A stretch of DNA of 63,677 bases, counting the filler, from Octopus bimaculoides (lineage: Eukaryota), in NCBI RefSeq assembly GCF_001194135.2. It is 7 parts of 6 records of this genome, joined end to end, with 100 filler letters (N's around TTAATTAATTAA, not from the genome) between each part and the next. Parts side by side here need not be neighbours in the genome. Positions count along the whole stretch, not along the records: positions 47,758 to 61,931 come from NC_069004.1; positions 62,032 to 63,677 come from NW_026330812.1; 5 more parts are not named here. The stretch is one strand, 5' to 3'. The notes under the pieces are model-generated. The model worked only from the letters and a program-made list of their open reading frames with translations. It was not told where the DNA came from and did no database searches. Positions 53,901 to 63,677 of this stretch are shown one piece after another. Position 1 is the first letter of the stretch. The number at the start of each line of letters is the position of its first letter. Position numbers and translations under genes: made by a program.

Positions 53901-55872
53901 CTTTCAGTTTCTGTTCACGAAATCCACAGACAAGGCCTGGCTGGTCCAGGGTTATAGAAGACACTTGCTCAGGGAGTCACGCAGTAGGACTGAACCTGGA
54001 ACCATGTGGTTGGGAAGCGAACTTTTTACCATATAGCCACACCTGTGCCTATGTGATCCTTCTTGTTTTAAGATGGAAGGACATAAGATGAGAGAGCTTT
54101 GGCAGCTGTTTTAAGCAAGTTAGCAGCTCCAACAAGTTGTTTGCCAGGAAGAAATCTAAAAATGGCATAGTTTCTGTGAACAACGTATGAATTGCCACTG
54201 AAAGAACTGCATGTTTTTTTTCTCCAGGCAAAAGTGATGGTCTTATCTGTTTAACCTTATGCCTGGTCTGAGGCACCTTTAGCCAGATTTCAAGTCTGAG
54301 TATAACTTCCGTTTACTAGTCTTAGTGATCCTGAAAAAGGGTCATGGATATTGCTCCTCCCCTTCTGACTAAAGCATAATGAAAAAAAAAAAATTTTATG
54401 TGCACTTCTCTATCATTTCTAAAACAAAGCTGGAATCCATGCAAAACCATGTATGTATAAAGTGCACTTCATGTTCATTTAGGCTAAACTGTAGAAACTG
54501 TTGTTTCGGTTTGTTGTTAAAAATCCCTGTATTTTGTGGGGATAGGTTGGAGGAGGGGGGGGGGGTTAATTTTTTTATTATTTTTAACATATTCGTTATC
54601 TCCGACATGTAAAACTTAGAAATCAGAATAAACATTTTCAGAAAAATGCATTTTTCATGGTGAGATGCGATTCTGCATTAGCCCCCATTGCGGACTTACG
54701 AAAGAGCATATGGACTTACTGATAAGTGGATTTTTTTTCTTTTTTCAAAAAAAAAAAGAAAAAGAATAAAAATTGTGGTAATCTTTAAAGAAAATTATCA
54801 ATAAGGACTTTTGGTGTCTACAGCTTAGCCGGCGTTAAAATGTCTTTCAGAAATTTATCAAAGTCGAGCTTAAAAACCACAAAGCTTTAGACAAAACCAA
54901 TCAAGATTTTTTTATCCGGCTTTCTAGATAAAATAAAATTATTATACACTGAAAATAGGCCTCAGAAATTTAAGACACTAAAAGTTACGAAATTAGACTC
55001 CTGAAATATTAAGGATTTTTTTTTTAATACATAAAGAACTCCGTTCACGGGATCTTCAATCAAAATAATTATTAAAAATAAAATTGCTACTAATTCCCAT
55101 AAGAAAAACAATTAAGTCAATCATGCAAATATTGAAATCCAAGTCAGCCCTGCAAGAACGGATTTATAATTAAACCATTCTACTCGTGACCACCCTGTCC
55201 TATCGCATTGTGCTTTCCCTTTTTAACTGAAAACATTAAGGAAATTAAGTTGGTAATTCTTAGCAGGTCGGGTGATCACGTATAAAGCTTTCCGTCAACT
55301 CGAACCATGCGAATTAATGTGGTTTATTTAGGTTGTGTGCCTTCTTGCTTAAAGTTTAGGCAACAAACACTTAAAGGGCTACCAAAATAGGATTTACTCA
55401 TCCTGTCGACAAATAAGTGTTGGTTTTGTTATTTATTCATTAATTCTTGGCTCCTATTAAAATAAAACACATTCACACACGCACACGTAATACACGTCAA
55501 CATTAGTTTTCGAGTGGAAGGTTCGAGAAAGTGGCATTCGCATTAGGTTGAAGTAGCTCTCGTAAATTTGCGAATACCATGCAAATGGAAGCAGAACGGT
55601 GCTTCAAAGAAGACTGACAGGCATTTTGGGGAATAAACTGGCAAATTTTGCGTGTTTCTATGACGTCAGCCAAGCATCTTAATATACTCGGACTGCAAAT
55701 TGGGGTGAGATAGTGGAATGGCCAGTAAACCAGTGGGCAGCAGAGAATTTGGTTTTAAGTGTAAGGGAGGAAAAAAAAGGGCACACACACACATATATAT
55801 ATATATAGTGCAAAGATTCTAAGTTAAAAATACGCACACATGTGTTGTGTATTAGTGGATATGTGTGCATGA

Positions 55873-55904
<32 letters not shown>

Positions 55905-56917
55905 GTGTGTGTATATATATATATCTATATATAAAATTTAATAATAAGGGTAGAAATTGATATATTTATAAAGAGCCAGTTAGCTTTTTCATGCTCCCTG
56001 CAGTAAACTGTTTAGGTATATACACACACAAACACGCGTTAAGTGTGTGTGTATATATATATTCTATCTTCATTTAGGCTAAACTATAAAAACTGTTGTT
56101 TCGGTTTGCTGTTAAAATCCCCGTATTTATACAGATATATATACACTTTTATATACATTTTATAGACCTACATATATATGTGTGTGTGTAGACACGCACA
56201 TACTGTTGTGTCATTTGTGTATATATGGCGTTAGCAACATATGTATAAATTACGCTCCGCTCAAATATGGTACAACCAAAGGAGCAAGTATGTAGCATTT
56301 ACCCTCCAATACAATACATAACCAACTACTAAACTTATACTAATTCTGTACAAACAACAAATTCAGTTCAGTATAAAATATGGCTTTTTCGAAAATCCAT
56401 TTCAAAATATCTATATATAATATAGTTTGGGTTTATAAATGAAATGTGAAGAATATATGCCTCGCTGGATTTCTTGGGAATCTCTCTAACTTCCTCTGTG
56501 TGTATAAATATATATATAACATTATTCGAAAAAGAAAACTCTAGAAAAACACGAAATTCGTTTTTCAAAATCAGTATGGGGGTTGTATTTAAGTAACCTG
56601 TTTCTTCGACGTACGTACAATGCTTTTGTTATTCCAAAATTATAAATAACATGTGTAATAGTATCATAAATAAATTTAAGAATAGCAAACTTTAAACTGT
56701 AATAGAAATATTCTGTAACCACATTTTTATGGTTGAAAAAATAAGGGTGAAAGGAGCTCCTCTGTCTAAGAGACATTCTCTCTTGTATGTATGTATGTAT
56801 ATCTATGTATGTATGTATATATATATATGCAGCACGTGTGTTTAATATCAGTTAATAAAAAAGGTATGGAGCGAGGTATCTACACACTCACAAGTTCCAA
56901 CAAGTTATAATCCTCAC

Positions 56918-56944
56918 CTGCAGCTTCAGCCATGTTATCATTTC
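56918..56944 (-). CDS. Start-codon exon of the - strand gene (coding 56918-56933: MAEAA + G)
   Basis: tttgatttcattttcag|GAAATGATAACATGGCTGAAGCTGCAG|gtgagg; AACATGG start context; ends in phase 1. Confidence 0.7.
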
Positions 56945-57770
56945 CTGAAAATGAAATCAAAACCAACAACAACAAAACCTTTTGCAACTGACACAGGAGA
57001 GTTCCACTAACTTCAACACAGAAGATTTCTACGCACACACACTTTCTCTTTCTCATCTTTTATGTATGTGTGTGTGTGTGTATTATTCTTATACAAGAAT
57101 GTTGTTGACAGTGAAATAATAAATTTGTACCCTACAAAAGTATCAAGTAACCCATCAAAGTTGTTTTTTTATTATAACTAAATATAAAAACAAAGATCGA
57201 TATACTCTTTTATTTGTTTCAGTCATTTGACTGCGGCCTTTAGTCGAACGAATCGACCCCGGGACTTATTCCTTGTAAGCCAAGTACTTATTCTATCGGT
57301 CTCTTGTCAAGCGAGGGTGGGAGGACAGATACACACAAACATATACCATCATCATCATCATCGTTGTCGTCGTTTAACGTCCGCTTTCTATGCTGGCATG
57401 GGTTTGACTGAGGACTGGTGAGCCAGAAGGCTGCACCAGGCTCCAATCTGATTTGGCAAAGTTTCTACAGCTGGATGCCCTTCTTAACGCCAACCACTTT
57501 TACGTGCCACCGGCACGAGGGCCAGTCAGGCGGTTTTGGCAACTACCACGCTCAAATGTTTTTCACGTGTCACCAGCACATGTGCTGGTAAGGCAACGCT
57601 AGCAACAATCAAGCTCGAATGGTGCTTTTAACGTGCCACCGGCACGATATATATCTATATACGACGGGATTCTTTCAGTTTCCATCTACCAAATCTACTC
57701 ACAAAGCTTTGGTTGGCCTGCACGCAGTGGGACTGAACCCAGTACCATGTCGTTGGTAAGCAAGCCACTT

Positions 57771-59273
57771 TTCTTCTTTTAAATTGCCATAAAGGCATTA
57801 CATAGAGGGGGACAGTACAACACATGTGGGGACATATAACAATTAAAATAAAAATATGATGCTATGAATGACACATGAAAAACATCAAAATCAAAATATT
57901 AAAATAATGATACATGAATGATAAATGGGAAATGAGAATATGAAAAGTGTGTTACCTTACACTACCACTCGCCACCTCTGAGTCCTGAGTCCTCTTTAGT
58001 CTTTGATCTAGTCTTTCATTTACTGATTTCCCTATCGTTGAGTGACAACACTCTCTCCTCCATGTAGACGTAACCTTTTCACCTGGGGAGGGGTCTTGTA
58101 AATTTTGTGGTGTCTGTTCTTTTTTTTTCTATGGGGAAAGGGGTGGGTGGGTTTGGTGCCTGTATGGGAAGGGTGGGTTTGAGTGGTCTTGGGTGGGATG
58201 GAGTTGGTCTGGGGTCCCACATCACACTGACTGTTCTTCCTCTTCTTTCTCTTTTTTCCTTTTATTCTCTGTTACTGTCCATTCATCCTCCTTGTTCCTT
58301 CCATCCATCTGTACTTTCTCCTTTTTCTCCTCCGTCTCCACCACCGCTTCTTCTGCCGTTTTCCTCTGCAGAGGGCAGTGCGCTCTAATGTGTCCCTTTT
58401 GGCCACATTTAAAACATCATGGAATTCTGCCCTCCACCCACACTCTCAACACAATCTTTCCCAACGTCACCGTCTCCGCCAAACTCTCCAATTGCCTCTC
58501 CTCTGCCTGTATAATGGACTCCTCATTTGGACAGTGTTTTTCCTCTCCATCTTCCGTCCTCCGTTTCCTTGGCTTGGAGGACAACTACCTCCTCCTCACT
58601 TCCAATGAGGACGGCTGCTGCAACCCAAGCCACTTCTATATCGGGTGGAATTCCTTCAGCTTAGAAGTCTTTCTTCCAAGGTATGTGGGTAGAAGTACTA
58701 TTTCCTCCATTTTGACAGTTGCACTCGCCAGCCTCTTTGCCTCCTCCACTGTCCTAAACTGGACAACCACCATCCCATATCCATTTCCTTTCGCTGTGTA
58801 TGTCACTTCCTTCGAAAGCTCCTTCAATGCTTCTTCTACTTTTTCCATCTCCATCCGCTCCACTTTCCTACTCTCCACTGAATACACCTTGTAGGTAATG
58901 GACTTCTTTTCCATATTTTCCATAACCCTTTTTGGGAGTAATAACTTTATGTCAACGCCCACCTCCTGTCATCTTACCCAGCTCCTTCAGTCCGGCTAGG
59001 TCCATATTCCTTTTCTTCACCTCTGCAGCCTCAGCAAAACTCTTTACTCTTTCCAAATGTTCGTCCATTCTATTTACTGCCTTAACGAGCTCCTCCTCCG
59101 CTGAGGACAGCTCATACTCGCTAAGGTCTGAATACATTTTCTCCACTAGTATAACACCCACTGACAACCACTGCCAAGCAGCTCAAAAAATCCCGTCCGA
59201 GTCTTTAAAAATCAACACAGCGAATAGACCGACACATGCGCCAGAAGCAAGCTTCTTACCACACAGCTATGCC
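57771..59273 (-). mobile_element. Second ORF1-only retroelement (disrupted ORF), about 1.5 kb, with 17-bp TSD
   Basis: TGGTAAGCAAGCCACTT at 57754-57770 and 59274-59290; ORF fragments VLLPTYLGRKTSKLK and LRVWVEGRIP*CFKCGQKGHIRAHC (CCHC 58375-58416) align with the 448-aa ORF. Confidence 0.88.
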
Positions 59274-59301
59274 TGGTAAGCAAGCCACTTACCACACATA
59301 T

Positions 59302-59385
<84 letters not shown>

Positions 59386-60082
59386 TGAGAGGTACTGGTG
59401 TCAAGAAGACCCAAAGGTATCAGGTAATGCTGAGTAAGTGCTATGGACAGACTATAGTTAAGCTCCAGGTTCGGTAATGATACAAATGAGAAGTCCAACG
59501 TAGGTTGTGTATTAGCAAGCATATATATAAAAATTGACAGAATGAGATTAAAAAATCCAAGACTGTGAATAGTTTTCAGAACATTTATAAATAAAACGTC
59601 TTACAGTTGTTTCCAGGATATTTTATATGTCCCTTCATCAGAGATGGTGCGAGAAAATGTTTAAGCAATAGTTATTATAGAGAAGATATGAAATACAGAG
59701 TGAAGTGGAGGAATGAAAACAGACATGAGATACGTAAGGATATTGCATCTGCAGTTCCATTATTTAAGCAGTGTATATATAAGAGTGGTGTGTGTGTGTG
59801 TGTGTATACATATATATATATATGTACATAGTAAATCAAAAAAAAAACTGAAGAACAAACACAACAAAAAAAAACAATGCGTGGAACTGGTGCATGCAAA
59901 GTATTAGCGGACACTCTGGGAAGGAAAGAAAGGTAGTTTTACGCTTTGAGCAAAGCTCTTCTTCAGAAACAGAAGATGGGGTAGAGTCCAAGAGATAAAA
60001 GAAAGACGGAGGAAGAAAATCACCAATGATCCACACACACATACACACATACACACACACACATATACAAATTAAAATCCAG

Positions 60083-60410
60083 AAAATGGAGAAGTAGCAT
60101 TAATATAATTTATTAACTGCAAAAATTCAACATGTTCACTTACAGCTCTTTCGATTTTGCGCAAAAGAATTAAATTCCAGTAATTAAAACATCTTATTGG
60201 ACAAAATCTCAACAGACTGCTGAGATGTTTTGGAAGAGTAACATGTAATAACCTAACGATATGTCTTTTTTACTCCTCTGAGGAGATTTTTCCCAATAAA
60301 ATGTTTTAAATACTGGAATTTAATTCTTTTGGGCAAAATTGAAACAGCTGTAAGTGAACATGTTGAATTTTTGCTGTTAATAAATTATATTAATGCTACT
60401 TCTCCATTTT
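60083..60410. mobile_element. Foldback element made of two inverted Penelope-type termini, each with a hammerhead-like core
   Basis: 133-bp inverted arms 60083-60215 and 60278-60410; right arm reads CTGAGGA...GAAACAGCTGTA. Confidence 0.75.
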
Positions 60411-60907
60411 AATTTGAATATCTATAAACCAAGATTTATATCTAAACCTATTATTTCAGGAATATTACTATTCACAAGAAAATAATAGGTAACAAACCAG
60501 TAATTCATTGGATATTTTCTATCCCTTAAGATGGTTTTTTTAACCTCTATTTAAATGTATATATATATAATTAGCACAAAGCCTTAAGGATGCAGTGAGC
60601 ATCAACCTATTTAGAAATGAGAGCTAAAGTTTCAATTCAACTACCAGAAGGCACCAAAATAATAGAAAATAACACAGTATGCGAGGAAATGGACAAAGAA
60701 TTAAAAAATATACCTATAAAGATTATGTTGTTCAGATGCTCATATACCATGGTTTCGGATGTTGGCCCAAGGACCTTAACCCTCCTCAGTATGGGTTACT
60801 GGGCAAAAGAAGTTCCAAATCCACCATGTTATAAATCCATTTGTGCTCTGGCTTGTTTTGTGCCAAAAACCAGCAATGCATGGTGCAAAGTATTTATGAG
60901 CAAAAAT

Positions 60908-61052
60908 GATGTTACTATTATTAATACCATCTGTGGCAAATATTTTTAATTGATAATATTAACAACAGTAACATGGGCGGTTCACAGGTTACTGCTATTA
61001 ATATTATCAATTAAAAATATTTGCCATAGATGCTATTAACAATAGTAACATC
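60908..61052. repeat. AT-rich long hairpin (65-bp arms, 15-nt loop)
   Basis: gatgttactatt...cagtaac / gttactg...aatagtaacatc inverted arms with few mismatches. Confidence 0.85.
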
Positions 61053-61489
61053 TTATTTTGAATGTAAGCATTTGAATGTTTTTGCTGCTTATACATACAT
61101 ACATATATATATATATATAAATGCCAATGCACATTGATAAGTGCTAATGCACAAAACTCGTACATTGTGGCACTCTTTTGCTTATGCTAAATATTAATAA
61201 AAGAATACATATACTCATATTTTGAGTTAAATTTTTCCTGCTTGCGTTACTATAACTGTACATACATACATGCATGGAGGCATGCGTACGTGCATGTGTA
61301 TGTACTTCAATTTTTTAAACTCTAATACTTATTGTATTGGTTTCTTTGGTGGAACCACTAAGTTATGAGAATCTAACAAACTAACATTGGCAGTCAAGCA
61401 CAAACATAAAGACATGCAAACATATATATAGGTAGACAGACAGATAGATATACAAATGTGCGTATATGTATATATATATATATTCTCTT

Positions 61490-61860
61490 TTACTTGTTTC
61501 AGTCATTTGACTGCGGCCATGCTGGAGCACCACCTTTAGTCGAGTAGGACTTATTCTTTGTAAGCCTAGTACTTATTCTATCAGTCTCTTTTGCTGAACT
61601 GCTAGGTTACGGGGAAGTAAACACACCACCATCGGTTATCAAGCGATGGCGGAGCGACAAGCACAGACACACAAACATATATATATACATATATACAATG
61701 GACTTCTTTCAGTTTCCATCAACTAAATCCACTCACAAAGCATTTGTCGGCCCGAGGCTATAGTAGAAGACACTTGCCCAATGTGCCACACAGTGGGAAT
61801 GGACCTGGAACTATGTGGTTGGTAAGCAAGCTACTTACCACACAGCCACTCCTGCGCCCA
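61490..61860 (-). mobile_element. Composite SINE (family B), near full length
   Basis: Ends ...ggtaagcaagctacttaccacacagccactcc, giving the uninterrupted version of the site split at 57770/59274. Confidence 0.85.
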
Positions 61861-62034
61861 TATATGTATATATATATATATATATATACATACAGAGGGA
61901 CCAGCTATCCGAGTTGATAGTACCAGGGTAGNNNNNNNNNNNNNNNNNNNNNNNNNNNNNNNNNNNNNNNNNNNNTTAATTAATTAANNNNNNNNNNNNN
62001 NNNNNNNNNNNNNNNNNNNNNNNNNNNNNNNGAT

Positions 62035-62340
62035 GTAATTCACCTCTCCTCCTCGGAACTTTCCAGGAATTAATTTGCTCCCTCCCCCTCCAGGGTTTAA
62101 TTTCTTCCCTTATCCTCTTCCTCGGAACTTTCCAGGAAGTTATTTGCTCCCTCCCCCTTCCAGGGAGTAATTCCTCCCCTTCATCTCCTTCCTTGGAACT
62201 TTCCAGGAAGTAATTCACCCCACCCTTGGAACATTTCAGGAATTAATTCCTTCCCCTCCTCGTAACTTTGCAGGAATTATTTCCTCCCCCTCCTCGGAAC
62301 TTTAAGAAATAATTCGTCATCCTCTTCGGAACTTTCCATA
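62035..62340. repeat. Degenerate minisatellite (about 33-35-bp unit, about 70-bp higher order)
   Basis: Recurrent GGAACTTTCCAGGAA at 62055, 62124 and 62195, with variants near 62228, 62263, 62296 and 62327. Confidence 0.8.
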
Positions 62341-63199
62341 GCAGCCAAATCTCCCTCAAAACTCCCTACAATATTAATGCGACAATTCTGCGTAGTTTGA
62401 ATGAGAAAGTGTAATGTGCGCGTGTAACTAGTTGTGTTAATGGTCGAAGAAAGGGGAATGGTATTAGAAAATGTTTTAATTCCTGTTCTGCGTAAGTATG
62501 GGGCTAGGAAAAATAGAAGAGGCATTAAGAAGTTGACGTTAAGAATTCCTTTAACAGAAAATGAAGCTGTAAGAATTAACGGGGAAATTGTATGTAAGAA
62601 TTAATAGCAGACGTATCCAATTTAATAAAGTAGCGATAAAAGCTAAGTGAAGAAGTATGGAATAAGTAATTGTTATACTCTTATAGGGAAACAATTTATA
62701 TTATAGAATAGACGCATACCTGTCTATTCACTGATATAGTGTCTTTACGACCTTAAAGGTCTATAGTAAAAAATTTATCTGTGCATGAAAGAAAATGGAA
62801 AGGATCTGCATACGGTGCTGTTAAGGGAGTTTTAACAACATCATTGCACACAAAAACTTGAATCCAAGAAGTAAAGCTTCCTTCAAGGCAGAGCGAAAAA
62901 TGCAATTGTCAAGTAGGTAAGAGGTTTTGAACAGGAGCGATATAATCAAAATTGGTAAAACTAAAAATTGTTGAGGATAAATTTATTATTGTCACTGAAT
63001 ATGTTAGTGTTATTTAATTTCTGAACGGTTTTGCTGCCGTTTGTTTATGTAGTTTGATTTCTTTATCCATCAGTTTCTACTAAGATAGAGACGCGAGTAA
63101 AATTAATAATAGAGAAGCAAAAATAAAACTTTGGAAACAGCAACACTGCCATAACTTACATGTGAGATCGTAATACTACATGTAAAGTAAATATAACAA

Positions 63200-63380
63200 A
63201 TAATCCAGAATCCTTGTCAGATACCAGATCAATCCCCAAATCTAATCAGTTCATGCCAGTCACAAGGCCAAACATCCCTGAAAGTTTCATTCAAGTCCAT
63301 CCAGTGGTTCTGTCCATGGAAAACAAACAAACATGACTGAAAACAATGCCTCTGCCTTCGCTAAGACAGAGGTAATAATA
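63200..63380 (+). mobile_element. Possible non-autonomous Helitron-like element 3' end
   Basis: Terminal hairpin cctctgcctt-cgct-aagacagagg before an A/T-rich end; family assignment is inference only. Confidence 0.3.
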
Positions 63381-63677
63381 ATGATTTCTTTTTAATAATA
63401 ATAATAATATGTGTATTATATGCATATTCACACACACACAGAAATGGACGTTTGTTGTCGTATGTGTGCGTGTGTTTTTGCGGCTAAATTGGCAGGCGTT
63501 TTGCAGTCAGCAAGGCGTGGTTTGTGTTTTATCTCTCTATCAATAGCTGGACAAGTGAAAATATTTTTTTAACGTGTGCTTTGGGGAAAGGGGATCTTTT
63601 GAAGTGAGTGTCAAATGAAAAGAGACGTGGACAGTTTTATGACTGAACTTCTTTTGAAGTTGGCGTGAGACGGAAGA

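Noticed and set aside
59617-59733. Phase 1-1 open segment with AG/GT ends on the + strand
   Set aside because: Its acceptor lies inside a decayed Penelope-type hammerhead terminus on the opposite strand, and it is antisense to the inferred gene; no partner exons
60617-60949. 110-aa + strand ORF
   Set aside because: No recognisable domain or donor site, and its end runs into a hairpin repeat
62035-62340. CRISPR-like or coding interpretation of the repeat array
   Set aside because: Eukaryotic context, degenerate units without unique constant-length spacers, no cas genes; reading frames are interrupted

Overview
AT-rich, microsatellite-dense, gappy animal genomic DNA. The repeat families and gap style suggest an octopus/cephalopod scaffold (inference). 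The long ORFs spanning N-gaps and simple repeats are artefacts. Supported content: (1) four phase-1/phase-1 exons of a + strand calcium-binding-EGF gene (17237-23472), arranged as a tandem duplication A-B-A'-B'; the B exons have lost exactly one disulfide pair (C2 and C4). (2) Two phase-compatible exons of an unidentified - strand gene (56918-56944 and 48475-48594) in a CpG-poor domain. (3) Two related ORF1-only non-LTR retroelements with a CCHC knuckle and no RT or endonuclease (34845-36549, intact 448-aa ORF; 57771-59273, 17-bp TSD). Both sit inside tRNA-derived SINE heads and share a covarying 3' stem-loop tail with the dominant SINE. (4) A dispersed set of Penelope/retrozyme-type hammerhead ribozyme motifs, at least two structurally near-complete (5470-5512, 39796-39879). 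(5) Dong/R4-like LINE ends in (TAA)n, plus mariner, Tigger, RTE and Penelope remnants, foldback elements and many SINEs. All alignments and counts were done by eye; no database searches were run.
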